From assembly GCA_035688805.1 (NCBI GenBank), contig DASSMQ010000006.1, positions 15,012-79,011 of the forward strand: a stretch of 64,000 nt of DNA. Direction: 5' to 3'. This DNA is from Candidatus Limnocylindrales bacterium. GTDB lineage: Bacteria > Chloroflexota > Limnocylindria > Limnocylindrales > CSP1-4. The notes under the pieces are model-generated. The model was not told where the DNA came from. It ran no database searches and saw only the letters and a program-made list of their open reading frames with translations. How positions within the stretch are numbered: position 1 is the first letter of the stretch; each line of letters begins with the position of its first letter. A program made the position numbers and the translations under genes. This document shows, in pieces, positions 45,570 through 55,980 of the stretch.

Positions 45570-48331
45570 TGCCACGCAGCGGCTGGCTGGCGATCGGGGC
45601 GGTCGCAGCGGCGCTCGCGGTCCTGCAGCACGATGCGCGACTCATCTGGGCGGCGGTCGCCGGCGCGGTCGTCGCTGGCGCCATCGCGGTCGGCTGGTTC
45701 CGGTCGGGTCGAGCGCCGCTCGCGGCCATCGCGGTCGGCAGCTCGCTGATCGTCCTCCGGGCGACCGTCGTCGCCCCGCCGCCGGCGCCAGATGGTGCGC
45801 CCGAGGGCGCGGGGCCGTGGACGATGGTCGTGGAGTCCGTATCGTCACCGCGCGACGGCGACCAGGTCGCCACGTTGCGGACGGTCGAGGGCAGGACCGA
45901 CGGGTTTCGTCTCGCGGCCACGCTGCCCAGGTACCCGCCAGTCGAACCGGGCGACATCGTCGACGTCGAGGGCCATGCTCGAGCGAGGCCCGACAGTGCG
46001 TTCGGGCGGTACCTGGAGCGGCTCGGAGCCTGGGGAACCCTCGATGCGCGTGGACTCAGGGTCCACGATCGGCCGGTCGATGCGGGGCGGGTCCTCGAGG
46101 CGGCGCGGCGTGATGCTGGCGATGCCCTGACCCGCGTCCTTCCCGAGCCCGAGGCCGGTCTGGCGGCCGGCATCCTCATCGGCCTGCGCGACCGGGTCGA
46201 CCGCGCGGTCGCCTCCGCCTTCACGACGGCGGGCGTGAGTCACGTCGTCGCCATCTCAGGCTGGAACATCGCCATCGTGGCGGCAGCCATCGCGGCCGTG
46301 TCCGGGCGCATCGGGCGACGACGACGAGCCATCGTGACCAGCCTGGCCATCGTCGCCTACATCGTGTTCGCCGGCGCCTCGCCCTCGGTGTTGCGTGCGG
46401 GTGCGATGGCCGGGGTCGTCCTCGTTGCGCGGGAGAGCGGGCGGGCGAGTCGGGCCGCGGCCGCCCTCGGCTGGGCCGTCGTCCTGCTCCTGTTGGCCGA
46501 TCCGTCGCTGGTCGGCGACGCTGGCTTCCAGCTGTCGAGTCTGGCTACAGCTGGGCTGATCGCGTGGGCGACACCGCTGTCCGAGCGGCTGGGATCGCTC
46601 GGCGGCGGCCGGATGCCGCGCTGGCTGGCCGAGAGCCTCGGGGTCTCACTCGCGGCCCAGGTCGCGACGCTGCCGCTGGTGCTGGCGGCGTTCGGCCGGC
46701 TCGCGATCATCGCGCCCGCGGTCAACCTCGCGGTCGTGCCCTTGGTCGCGCCCGCCATGGCGGCTGGGGTCGTGGCGCTGGCCGGCGGGATCCTCGTTGG
46801 CCTCGGTGCGCCGGGTGCGGTGGGGTCGATGCTTGCGGCGCCAGCGTGGGTCGCGCTGCGGCTGATCATCGCCGTGGTCGACGCGGCAGCGGCGGTCCCA
46901 TTCGCGAGCATCGCCGTGGGCCCGTCTCTCGGCACCACCTCCGGCCTCGCCTGCGCTGGCGTCGTCGGCCTGGCGATGGCCTGGCGGCGTCACCGGAGTG
47001 CGCAGCCATCTCGCCCAGCCCAGCCGACGACGAAAGCCGCCGCCTCGACCGCCGCCCGACCGGCGCGGAGGGCCACCACGCCGATGCCGCTGCGGCTCGC
47101 GACGATCGGCCTGGTCACGACCCTGGTGGTCGCCGGAGCGGTCGTCGTCACCCGGCGCGAGGCCGTCGCGCGAGTCACGGTGCTCGATGTCGGGCAGGGC
47201 GACGCGATCCTTGTCGAGGGCTCGCGTGGGGGACGCGTGCTGGTCGACGGTGGGCCGGATCCCGACCGGCTGCTCATCGAGCTCGATCGGCGCCTGCCGC
47301 CATGGGACCGTAGGATCGACCTGGTAGTCCTGTCCCATCCCCACGAGGATCACGTCGCCGGCCTGGCCATGCTGCTGGGTCGATATCGCATCGGCCGCGT
47401 CCTCGAGCCCGGGATGCGCGGCCCGGGACCGGGGTACACGGCCTGGTCCCGGGCGCTCGCCAGGGTCGGTGCGCCCCATCGGGGCTCGGTCTTCGCCGGC
47501 GATCGACTGCGCGTCGATGAGGTCGATCTCCGTGTCCTGTGGCCGATCCGTGGCCAGGTCCCGGCCGAACCACCCGATACGGGCACGGGCATCAACAACG
47601 TCTCGATCGTGCTCCTCGGTACGGTAGCCGGCCGGCGATTCCTGCTGGCCGGTGACGTCGAACAGGACATCGACCCGCGGCTGCTGGCCGAGGGCCTCCC
47701 CCACGTCGACCTGCTGAAGGTCGCCCACCACGGCAGTCGGACCGCCACGACCGAGCCGTTCGTCGAAGCGGTCCGGCCTCGGGTCGCGATCGCCTCCGCG
47801 GGCACGGGCAACCCGTACGGTCACCCGGCGCGGTCGACGCTCGATCGGCTGGCGGCGGCCGGCGCGCGTGTCTACCGGACCGACCGCGACGGATCGGTGG
47901 CGGTCACTTTCGATGCGGGCGGGATGCGTGTTCGAACCGAGTCGGATCGCCCCGCCCAGCGACCCCCAGCGCCGACGCCGGGGCCGCGCGTGCTCCTCGC
48001 GACGTCGATCGGTCCGCGGCGGTCGTTCGCGTGCGCGATCCCCGTGGTCCCCGATGCGGCCCAGGCGTCCGAGCCGGCGCCGATCCCACCGCGCCCGACC
48101 ACGGCAGGGCCCCCGCCGGTCGGCCCCGGGCCCTCCGTCAGCCTCTTGTACCATCGGCCCGATGACCGGCCGCCCCGACCGCCCGCTCAGCCCGTTGCTG
48201 TATGTCTGGGGCGACGACGAGCTGACCGCCGAGCGAACGGTCGGCCGGTTCGCGGTCGCCATGGCCGATGCCGCCGGCGGCCCGCTCGAGCGGTGGGATC
48301 TCCGGTCGCAGCTGGCGACCGCGACGGCTGA
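45566..48331 (+). CDS. comEC: DNA internalization competence protein ComEC/Rec2 (with metallo-beta-lactamase domain)
   Basis: DUF4131 / competence TM domain; MBL motif VLDVGQGDAILVE...LSHPHEDHVAGL. The 3' about 170 nt overlaps holA. Confidence 0.85.
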   Translation: MMPRSGWLAIGAVAAALAVLQHDARLIWAAVAGAVVAGAIAVGWFRSGRAPLAAIAVGSSLIVLRATVVAPPPAPDGAPEGAGPWTMVVESVSSPRDGDQVATLRTVEGRTDGFRLAATLPRYPPVEPGDIVDVEGHARARPDSAFGRYLERLGAWGTLDARGLRVHDRPVDAGRVLEAARRDAGDALTRVLPEPEAGLAAGILIGLRDRVDRAVASAFTTAGVSHVVAISGWNIAIVAAAIAAVSGRIGRRRRAIVTSLAIVAYIVFAGASPSVLRAGAMAGVVLVARESGRASRAAAALGWAVVLLLLADPSLVGDAGFQLSSLATAGLIAWATPLSERLGSLGGGRMPRWLAESLGVSLAAQVATLPLVLAAFGRLAIIAPAVNLAVVPLVAPAMAAGVVALAGGILVGLGAPGAVGSMLAAPAWVALRLIIAVVDAAAAVPFASIAVGPSLGTTSGLACAGVVGLAMAWRRHRSAQPSRPAQPTTKAAASTAARPARRATTPMPLRLATIGLVTTLVVAGAVVVTRREAVARVTVLDVGQGDAILVEGSRGGRVLVDGGPDPDRLLIELDRRLPPWDRRIDLVVLSHPHEDHVAGLAMLLGRYRIGRVLEPGMRGPGPGYTAWSRALARVGAPHRGSVFAGDRLRVDEVDLRVLWPIRGQVPAEPPDTGTGINNVSIVLLGTVAGRRFLLAGDVEQDIDPRLLAEGLPHVDLLKVAHHGSRTATTEPFVEAVRPRVAIASAGTGNPYGHPARSTLDRLAAAGARVYRTDRDGSVAVTFDAGGMRVRTESDRPAQRPPAPTPGPRVLLATSIGPRRSFACAIPVVPDAAQASEPAPIPPRPTTAGPPPVGPGPSVSLLYHRPDDRPPRPPAQPVAVCLGRRRADRRANGRPVRGRHGRCRRRPARAVGSPVAAGDRDG

Positions 48332-49277
48332 CGCGGCCCAGCTCTACGAGCGGCTCGCCACGCCGGCGATGTTCGGCGGCGGGACCCTCGCGGTCGTGAC
48401 CGAGCCGTGGGCCCTGGTGCGGCGCAACGACACCCGCGATCGGGTCGTCGACGCCATCGCTCTCATCGCCATGGGCAACGCGCTTGCCGTCGTGGAGTCG
48501 GCGAAACCCGGCGCCAAGGGTCCGGCCGTCAAGCGGCTGGCGGAGGCGATCGCGGCGGCTGGCGGCCAGGTCCGCGGAGCCGCCGGGCCGCGCCCGACCG
48601 CGCTGGCGGCCTGGATCGCCGACGAGGCTCGCGATCGCGGCCTGCGGCTCGCCACGGGCGCCGCTCGCGAGCTCGCGGATCGGCTGGGCGCACGGGTGAC
48701 CGAAGGCGACGTGGACCGTCGCTTCCTGAGTCGCGTCGCGGCGGGGGAGCTCGACAAGCTCGCCCTTCGCCATGGCGTGGATGGTGAGGCGATCACGGCC
48801 GACGATGTGCGGGCCCTGGTGGCCGAGACCGCGCCGTCATCCATGTGGGCGATCACCGACGCGATCGCGGAGCGTCGGGTCGACGCGGCATCGACTGCTC
48901 TCGATCATGCCCTGGATACGACGCCCGAGCCCGTCATCCTGGCGGTCATCCATCGACGCCTGGTCGAGCTCATCGGGCTCGCCGATCGGCTGGCAGCCGG
49001 CGCGACGCTGCCGGATGCGGCTCGCGCGATCGGCGTGACCAACGAGTTCCGGGCGAAGACCCTGGCCGGACAGGCGCGACGGTGGACGGTCGACGAGTTG
49101 GCCGGCGCCCTGACCGGCTTGCTCGAACTCGATGCGATGGTCAAAGGCGTCGCAGGCTCGGAACTCGACCCGGCGCAGCGGCGCCTGGCGTTCCTGCTGT
49201 GGGTCGGCGACCACGCCACGTCGTCGGGGCGTCCACCGGTCGCCATGGGACCGGGACGGCGGGTCGGCCCCGGCTGA
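48162..49277 (+). CDS. holA: DNA polymerase III delta subunit (HolA)
   Basis: Internal Met giving a LYVWGDDELTAER N-terminus; delta-like clamp-loader fold length; conserved comEC-holA synteny. Confidence 0.65.
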   Translation: MTGRPDRPLSPLLYVWGDDELTAERTVGRFAVAMADAAGGPLERWDLRSQLATATADAAQLYERLATPAMFGGGTLAVVTEPWALVRRNDTRDRVVDAIALIAMGNALAVVESAKPGAKGPAVKRLAEAIAAAGGQVRGAAGPRPTALAAWIADEARDRGLRLATGAARELADRLGARVTEGDVDRRFLSRVAAGELDKLALRHGVDGEAITADDVRALVAETAPSSMWAITDAIAERRVDAASTALDHALDTTPEPVILAVIHRRLVELIGLADRLAAGATLPDAARAIGVTNEFRAKTLAGQARRWTVDELAGALTGLLELDAMVKGVAGSELDPAQRRLAFLLWVGDHATSSGRPPVAMGPGRRVGPG

Positions 49278-49306
49278 CCCCGGGACCGACGACCGCGCTC
49301 AGACCG

Positions 49307-49561
49307 TCAGTCGGCGGACGACCAGGCCTGTTCCTGGACGACGAGATCGCTCTCGATGGCGAAGACGCAGCGGCCCTCGCCGAGATCGAGCAACTCGATC
49401 AGATCAGGGTCGATGTACAACTGCGAGCAGTCCTCGCACAGGCCGCCCGGGATGCCGAAGCACAGCCGCTCGCTCCGGTCGGGCAACCGGAACGTCGTGT
49501 CGAACCGGGTCGTGATGAGCCGGTGACCGCAGGCGGGGCAGCGATCGTGCGAGGTGGACAT
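49307..49561 (-). CDS. zinc-ribbon domain protein (CPAC...CEDC), hypothetical
   Basis: 84 aa with two CxxC pairs. Confidence 0.4.
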   Translation of the reverse strand: MSTSHDRCPACGHRLITTRFDTTFRLPDRSERLCFGIPGGLCEDCSQLYIDPDLIELLDLGEGRCVFAIESDLVVQEQAWSSAD

Positions 49562-49628
49562 GCCGCGATGCTGTCATCAGCATCCCGAGGCACCCATGAC
49601 CCGTCCGTACCCCGCGCTCTGGTACGCC

Positions 49629-50063
49629 TTACTGCACCCGAAGGATCGTCTTGGCGTCCGACCAGTGCTTCTCGAGGCCGTAATAGTCGCGTTCGGGCGG
49701 GGTGAAGATGTGGACGATCACCGAACCGAAGTCGATCAGGACCCAGTGCGATGCGGCCGTCCCTTCGCGACCGATCGGTCGCACCCGGTCGTCGCGCAGG
49801 GAGGAGACGATGCCATCGGCGATGGCCTCGAGCTGCCGCTCGGAACCGCCGGAGCAGATCACGAAGTAGTCGGCGAGGGTCGTCAGCGGGCCGAGCTCGA
49901 GGAGGACGATATCGGCCGCCTTCTTGTCTTCCGCCAGCTCGACGACCCGACGGGCCAGGTCGAGCGCTGCACGTTCGTCCATGGGTGCGGGCGCCCGGAC
50001 GTCGCGACGGGGTAGCCCGTCGGCACTCGGGGCGATGGCGTTCGGCAGCGCGGGTTCGGTCAC
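49629..50063 (-). CDS. rsfS: ribosome silencing factor RsfS (Iojap)
   Basis: KKAADIVLLEL...SHWVLIDFGSVIVHIFTPPERDYYGLEKHW; an ATGA overlap with the nadD stop. Confidence 0.85.
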   Translation of the reverse strand: MTEPALPNAIAPSADGLPRRDVRAPAPMDERAALDLARRVVELAEDKKAADIVLLELGPLTTLADYFVICSGGSERQLEAIADGIVSSLRDDRVRPIGREGTAASHWVLIDFGSVIVHIFTPPERDYYGLEKHWSDAKTILRVQ

Positions 50064-50707
50064 GATCGATGGTCCCTCCGTGGATCCTGATACAGGCCAT
50101 GGTCGCCGATATACGTCGCGACCGCATCCGGAACGAGATAGCGAACGGAACGTCCTGCGGCGGCGCGATCGCGGATCTCCGATGCCGACAGCCGCATCCG
50201 CGGCCCGTCCAGGAACCCGATCGCGGCCGGCGCCCTGGGAAAGCGGGCGGCGATGAGGCCCTCATCCGCGTCGGGATAGCCGTCGCGCGGCACGACGATC
50301 ACGTCGGCGAGCTCGAGGATCCGCGCCGGGTCGCGCCACGTCGGCAGTTCCGCGTAGGACTCGGCCGAAAGGATCAAGGCCAGCGGCTCATCCGGTTCGC
50401 GCGCCCGCAGCGCTGCGAGCGTGTCGACGGTGTATGAGGGTCCGTCGCGATCGATCTCGATCCGACTCATCTCGAATGCCGCGTTGCCGGCGATCGCGGC
50501 CTGGACCATGGCGAGCCGATCCTCGGCCGCGGTGATGGAGACGCCGGGCTTGTGGGGAGGTCGCGCGGCGACCACGAACAGCACCCGCCGCAACGCGAAG
50601 GCGTCGCGGGCCGCCTCGGCGATGGCCAGGTGAGCGAGATGGATCGGGTCGAACGTCCCGCCGAAGACCCCGGTCGCGCCCCGGAGACGTCGTGGGTCCC
50701 GCTTCAC
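50060..50707 (-). CDS. nadD: nicotinate-nucleotide adenylyltransferase NadD
   Basis: GVFGGTFDPIHLAHL (H/T)xGH motif; the GTG start overlaps the obg stop (GTGA). Confidence 0.85.
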   Translation of the reverse strand: MKRDPRRLRGATGVFGGTFDPIHLAHLAIAEAARDAFALRRVLFVVAARPPHKPGVSITAAEDRLAMVQAAIAGNAAFEMSRIEIDRDGPSYTVDTLAALRAREPDEPLALILSAESYAELPTWRDPARILELADVIVVPRDGYPDADEGLIAARFPRAPAAIGFLDGPRMRLSASEIRDRAAAGRSVRYLVPDAVATYIGDHGLYQDPRRDHRS

Positions 50708-51999
50708 CGCTGCTCCCAGGGCTGCGCCTCCCACTCCAGCTCGGTGGCACCGATGCGGACGAGGTCGCCGGCCGCGACGCCGGCCCGACGCAGTTCCACG
50801 TCGATGCCGAGGCGAGCCAGGTCGCGCTGGAAGCGCTCGGCCGATTCCTCGATCTCGAAGTCGGTCTGGGCGGCGATGCGCTCGATGCGCTTGCCGCGGA
50901 CCCGGAACGCGCCGTCCTCGTCGCGCTCCACGAGGAAGCCATCGCCCATGGCGTCGATGCGGTGGACGACGACGCCGGACGGCTCGGGTGGTTCAGCGAG
51001 CTCCTCCGCCGTGGGGAGCAGGCCGGCGACGTGGGCCCGGAACGTGGCGAGGCCCTCCCCGGTCGAGGCGGCGATGGCGACCGCATCGCGACCCTCTGCT
51101 CGCCGCGCGCGGGCGAATGCCGGCCAGGCGGCCTGGGCCGCCGGGAGGTCGACCTTGTTGAAGGCGATGAGGGTCGGCTTTTCGAGGAGCGCCGGATCGT
51201 GGGCGTGCAGCTCGTCTCGGATGACGTCGTAGTCCCATTGCGGATCGCGCGCTGCGCCGTCGACGACGTGGACCAGGACCCGGGTCCGCTCGACGTGGCG
51301 CAGGAAGGCATGGCCGAGGCCAGCCCCGGTCGACGCTCCCTCGATCAGACCGGGTACGTCGGCGATGGTCGGGCGGCGTTCGTCATCCTCGCCCAGCTCC
51401 ATCACCCCCAGGTTCGGCTCGAGGGTCGTGAACGGATAGTCGGCGATCTTGGGCTGGGCCGCCGTGACCGCGGCGAGGAGCGTCGATTTGCCCGCGTTCG
51501 GCAGCCCGACCAGACCGATATCGGCGATCAGCCGAAGCTCGAGGCGGAGCCAGCGCTCCTCGCCGGGCTCGCCCTTCTGAGCATGGCGCGGCGCCTGGTG
51601 GGTGGCGGTCTTGAAATGGGTATTGCCGAGGCCACCCCGGCCGCCCCGAGCCACCATCGCGTGCTGGCCCACGGCCACAAGATCGGCCAGCAGCTCGCCA
51701 CTCCCGTCGTCGATGACGGCGGTCCCCGGCGGCACCTCGAGGATCAGGTCATCGCCGGACGCCCCGTGCCGCCGGGACCGCGTGCCACGACCGCCGGGGG
51801 TGGCTTTGAAATGGTGCCGGTACTGGAAGTCACGGAGCGTGGTCTGACCTGGATCGACGCGCAGATGGACCGACCCACCGCGGCCACCGTCACCCCCGTC
51901 GGGGCCGCCGCGAGGGACGTGCGCCTCGCGACGGAACGTCGCCGCGCCGTTGCCGCCATCGCCGGCGCGGACCCAGATCTTCACGCGGTCGAGGAACAT
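50704..51999 (-). CDS. obg: GTPase Obg (ObgE/CgtA)
   Basis: Obg fold N-terminus MFLDRVKIWVRAGDGGNGAATFRRE; G domain (GLPNAGKSTLL); C-terminal TGS/OCT domain. Confidence 0.95.
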   Translation of the reverse strand: MFLDRVKIWVRAGDGGNGAATFRREAHVPRGGPDGGDGGRGGSVHLRVDPGQTTLRDFQYRHHFKATPGGRGTRSRRHGASGDDLILEVPPGTAVIDDGSGELLADLVAVGQHAMVARGGRGGLGNTHFKTATHQAPRHAQKGEPGEERWLRLELRLIADIGLVGLPNAGKSTLLAAVTAAQPKIADYPFTTLEPNLGVMELGEDDERRPTIADVPGLIEGASTGAGLGHAFLRHVERTRVLVHVVDGAARDPQWDYDVIRDELHAHDPALLEKPTLIAFNKVDLPAAQAAWPAFARARRAEGRDAVAIAASTGEGLATFRAHVAGLLPTAEELAEPPEPSGVVVHRIDAMGDGFLVERDEDGAFRVRGKRIERIAAQTDFEIEESAERFQRDLARLGIDVELRRAGVAAGDLVRIGATELEWEAQPWEQR

Positions 52000-52056
52000 C
52001 GCGGCATTCTCGCACGGCGTCCGGGCGGGCCCGGACCGGCATCTCGCGCGGTTCGC

Positions 52057-53289
52057 CTAGAGATAGGCGAGCGGATTGACCCTCGTGCCGCCGTCCCATA
52101 CCCGCCCGCGCCAGACCTCGAAGTGGAGGTGCGAGCCGGTCGCGTTGCCGGTCGCGCCCATCCGGCCGACGCGCTGGCCGCGACTCACCGTCTGTCCCCG
52201 CCCGACCGAGACGCTCGACATGTGGTTGTACGTCGTGTACAGGTTCGATCCGTGGGAGATCCAGACCTGGTACCCACCGCCGTTGTCTTTCCAGCCGGCG
52301 AAGATCACCGTGCCGGAGGCGGCTGCCCAGATCGGATCGCCGGTGTTGCCGTCGATGTCGATGGCGTAATGGCCGTAATGGAAGTACTGGCTGATATGCC
52401 GGCTGGTGGTCGGCCACATGAGCCGGCCGCCGGTGTAGGTCCGCGGTTGCTGGACCGAGCTGCCACCGGAGACCCGAGTCGACCGGCTCACCACTCGTGG
52501 TGCGGACGTCGCTCGTGGGCGCGCCTTGGGCTCCGCGATCCGGGCGCCACGAGCGCCGGGGAGCATCAGGACCTGGCCGACGACGAGGTTCCGGTCGGTG
52601 AGCCCGTTCGTGGCCAGGATGTCGTCAGCGGTGACCTCATAGCGGGCCGCGATCGCATCGAGGGTGTCGGCGGCCGTGACCTCGATGACCAGGCCGTTGA
52701 CCGGCGGGATGCGCAACTGCTGGCCGACGACGAGCCGATCCTTGGACTTGAGCTTGTTCGCCCACCACAGGGTCATCATCGAAACCTTGAACTTGCGCGC
52801 GATCGTGGCAAGCGTGTCGCCCGACCGGACCTTGTACTGGCGCATGAGGTCGCTGCCGTCCGGCACCGCGGTATCGACCGCGACGGGCTTCAGGAGCGTG
52901 CCATCAGCAAGGAAGGGGCCGAAGACCACCGGCGCGCGCTGGGCGGCGAGGACGGCTTCTGCCGGCATGCCGACCGGTTCGGCGACGTCGATGCCGTAGG
53001 CCTTGCGGACCGCGATCTCGCTCGGGTCCGGGCCCACATAGGCCGACGTGTCGATGTAGTCCTCTTGCACGGAGCCGACGTCGCTCCCGTCGCCGGAAGC
53101 GCCGATCGTCAGGCGCGGAGACAGGCCGTCGCCGGATGTGCCGCCGGTCGCTCCCGAGGATCGGACTGGGGTGACGCTCAGGAACGACGCACCGAGGACG
53201 ATCCCCGCGACGGCGACGGCGACCAGGCGCTCATGGCCGAGCTCTCGCGCGATCCGTCGGATGGGGATCGTTCGCAACGCGTGGCGCAT
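52057..53289 (-). CDS. LysM-domain M23 family peptidoglycan metalloendopeptidase (start uncertain)
   Basis: N-terminal TM anchor, two LysM repeats, and a C-terminal M23 domain with HYAIDI...GNATGSHLHFEV. Confidence 0.7.
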   Translation of the reverse strand: MRHALRTIPIRRIARELGHERLVAVAVAGIVLGASFLSVTPVRSSGATGGTSGDGLSPRLTIGASGDGSDVGSVQEDYIDTSAYVGPDPSEIAVRKAYGIDVAEPVGMPAEAVLAAQRAPVVFGPFLADGTLLKPVAVDTAVPDGSDLMRQYKVRSGDTLATIARKFKVSMMTLWWANKLKSKDRLVVGQQLRIPPVNGLVIEVTAADTLDAIAARYEVTADDILATNGLTDRNLVVGQVLMLPGARGARIAEPKARPRATSAPRVVSRSTRVSGGSSVQQPRTYTGGRLMWPTTSRHISQYFHYGHYAIDIDGNTGDPIWAAASGTVIFAGWKDNGGGYQVWISHGSNLYTTYNHMSSVSVGRGQTVSRGQRVGRMGATGNATGSHLHFEVWRGRVWDGGTRVNPLAYL

Positions 53290-53734
53290 GCCTGCGATCG
53301 TCGGCAGGGTCAGGCGCCGGGAACGGCGGATCGGATGCGCGAAGCGGCGTGCGCCCGGAGTCTGTCGAGGACCTGACGACACGATGCCTCGAACGGTCAC
53401 CCGTCGGGGGACGGGGAGCGAGGCCATGGTCGGGTCCATATGAGGTCGGCGCAGTCGTCCGAGGACGCGCTGGACGCCGACCGACGCGTTCAGCAATACG
53501 GTCTCCTGGCGTGAGGACGAGCCCGGGCGCGTGGGGGGAAAGCGCGGGGATGGGGGTGGTGGGCCCGTCCGGGGTCGCGGTATCGAGGCTGGGGGTTCTC
53601 GCTTCGCGGCCGCGTCCGACATCTCGTCGGGCTTACGACATCGGGCGAAACCTACCACGCACCTTGCACCTGTGGCAAACACGGGGTCCGTGAACGCACG
53701 ATATCCGGTGCGTGAACGAGACGGCCGTGTGGGA

Positions 53735-55135
53735 TCAGGCCTCCAGGTTCTTGGTCAGCGACGCCAGGAACTCGGCATTCGACTGGGACTTCGAAAGGCG
53801 ATTGAGCAGGATCTCGATGCCTTCGTTCGGGCCGACCGCCGAGAGCATCCGGCGCATGGTCCAGACCATCTTGAGCGTGCCTTCTTCGAGCAGCAGCTCT
53901 TCGCGGCGTGTGCCGGAGCGCTGCACGTCGATCGACGGGAAGATCCGCTTCTCGGCCAGCTTCCGGTCGAGGATGAGTTCGGAGTTGCCGGTCCCCTTGA
54001 ATTCCTCGTAGATCACGTCATCCATGCGCGAGCCGGTGTCGACCAGACACGTGCCGATGATCGTCAGGGAGCCGCCCTCCTCGATGTTGCGCGCAGCACC
54101 GAAGAAGCGCTTCGGTGGGTAGAGCGCGATCGGGTCGAGGCCGCCCGAGAGCGTGCGCCCGCTCGGCGGCAGCGCGAGGTTGTACGCGCGCGCCAGGCGC
54201 GTGATCGAGTCGAGCAGGATCACCACGTCGCGCCCTGTCTCGACCTGGCGCTTGGCGATCTCGAGCGCCATCTCGGCCACATGCGTGTGGTTCTCGGTCG
54301 GCTCGTCGAAGGTCGAGCTGATGACCTCGCCCTTGACGCTCCGGCGCATGTCCGTGACTTCCTCGGGCCGCTCGCCGATGAGCGCGACCATGAGCAGGAT
54401 CTCGGGATAGTTCGCGCTGACCCCGTTGGCGATCTGCTTGAGCAGCATCGTCTTGCCGGCCTTCGGCGGGCTCACGATCAGTGCGCGCTGCCCCTTGCCA
54501 AGCGGGTTGACCAGATTGATCAACCGCTGACTGAGGTTCTTGGGGTCCGTCTCGAGGTTGATGAGTTCGTCGGGGTGGACCGGGGTCAGGTCGTTGAAGA
54601 CGGGCCGCCGCCGGGCCGTATCGGTGTCGACGCCGTTGACGCTGTCGACCCGGAGCATGCCCCAGTACTTTTCCGCCTCGCGCGGCGCGCGGACGGCGCC
54701 CGAGATCCGGTCGCCGATGCGCAGTCCGAACCGACGCACCTGGCTCGAGCTGACGTAGACGTCCTCGGGGCTCGGCAGCAGGCCATGGCGGCGCATGAAG
54801 CCGAAGCCCTCATCGACGATGTCGAGGATGCCACTCGCGTACGCGTGGCCGGCGTTCTCGGTCTGACGCTGCAGGATGCGGTCGACCAGATCGTCCTTGC
54901 GCTCGCCGGATCCGGTGTCGAGCTCGAGGTCGCGGCCGATCTGGCGAAGTTCGGTGACGCTCATCTCGCGCAGGTCGCTGATGTCGAGATCGTTCCGCTC
55001 GCGTGCGGCTTCGAGCTCCTGCTGCTCCTCGTACTCGGTGACGGGGGCACGGAACGTTGACTGGCCGCGCCGACGCGGACGTCGGTTGCGGGAACGCTGG
55101 TCTTGGCCGGGGCCGGGCATCTGGATTGGGGTCAC
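53735..55135 (-). CDS. rho: transcription termination factor Rho (Arg-rich N-terminal extension)
   Basis: Rho N-terminal RNA-binding domain and RecA-like ATPase with Walker A PPKAGKT; 466 aa. Confidence 0.95.
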   Translation of the reverse strand: MTPIQMPGPGQDQRSRNRRPRRRGQSTFRAPVTEYEEQQELEAARERNDLDISDLREMSVTELRQIGRDLELDTGSGERKDDLVDRILQRQTENAGHAYASGILDIVDEGFGFMRRHGLLPSPEDVYVSSSQVRRFGLRIGDRISGAVRAPREAEKYWGMLRVDSVNGVDTDTARRRPVFNDLTPVHPDELINLETDPKNLSQRLINLVNPLGKGQRALIVSPPKAGKTMLLKQIANGVSANYPEILLMVALIGERPEEVTDMRRSVKGEVISSTFDEPTENHTHVAEMALEIAKRQVETGRDVVILLDSITRLARAYNLALPPSGRTLSGGLDPIALYPPKRFFGAARNIEEGGSLTIIGTCLVDTGSRMDDVIYEEFKGTGNSELILDRKLAEKRIFPSIDVQRSGTRREELLLEEGTLKMVWTMRRMLSAVGPNEGIEILLNRLSKSQSNAEFLASLTKNLEA

Positions 55136-55474
55136 CTACGCGTGCGTGGCGGGTCGGACTCGCATAGCCTGGGCTGCGGTCCGGGTCGCTGGGGCCCGAA
55201 GCGGGTGTGCGCGCGGAATCGCTGCCGCTGCGCGGGACCGGTCGGGATGTGCGGAGCATAGCCCCGGCCGGAATCGGCGTCAATGCGGGTGGCCAGTACC
55301 TCCGTCCCTCTCGGCCCACGTTCGCCGATGTCGGAGCCGGTCGCCTGCGGCACGGCTCGTCGGCACTGGCCCGCTCGATGCGCCACGGACCGGTCCTCGC
55401 CATCGACGCTCGTCTCGGCCACGATAGGCGGGCGCGATCTCGACCCATCCCGCGAACCGCAGGAGCCACCACGC

Positions 55475-55900
55475 ATGCGAACCAACCTGACGATCGACGA
55501 TCTCGGTGGACTCCTCGATCAACCACTCATCGCGGTCCTGGCCACCCGGCGACAGGACGACACGGTCATGCTCTCGCCGGTCTGGTTCGAGTGGTTCGAG
55601 GGTGGGATCAACATCTGGGTCCCGACGATCGAGGGTGGCAAGGTCGCCCACGTCCGACGCGACCCGCGGGTGACCGTCGTCGTGGCCAACCAGGCCTGGC
55701 CATACAAGGGCTTCGAGCTGCGCGGCGAGGCCACGGTCTCGACGGACCCCGATGCCTTCTACGGGACGCTGGGCCGCACGGGCTTGCGCTACAGCGGTCC
55801 CGAGGCCGCCGAGCGGATGGTCCGCGAGTACGCACCCGGCGCCGTCATCCGACTCGAGCCGGGGACGATCCGGGCGTGGGACTACGAAGACGAGGCCTGA
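55475..55900 (+). CDS. PPOX-class (pyridoxamine 5'-phosphate oxidase-like) probable F420-dependent enzyme
   Basis: Split-barrel motif IAVLATRRQDDTVMLSPVWFEW...RVTVVV; AGGAG RBS; 141 aa. Confidence 0.6.
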   Translation: MRTNLTIDDLGGLLDQPLIAVLATRRQDDTVMLSPVWFEWFEGGINIWVPTIEGGKVAHVRRDPRVTVVVANQAWPYKGFELRGEATVSTDPDAFYGTLGRTGLRYSGPEAAERMVREYAPGAVIRLEPGTIRAWDYEDEA

Positions 55901-55980
55901 ACAACGGCGCGCTCCACGACATGTCGTGACCGCTCGAATGAGCGCTTGCCACCCACATGCGCAACGACTAGGGTCATCGG

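Noticed and set aside
44718-45575. 285-aa minus-strand ORF
   Set aside because: It is antisense to comEA, whose HhH and SLBB motifs are clear on the plus strand.
53680-53725. LexA box near GTGAACGCAC…GTGCGTGAAC downstream of rho
   Set aside because: It contains GAAC half-sites but no GAAC-N4-GTTC palindrome. It is better explained as a terminator hairpin.
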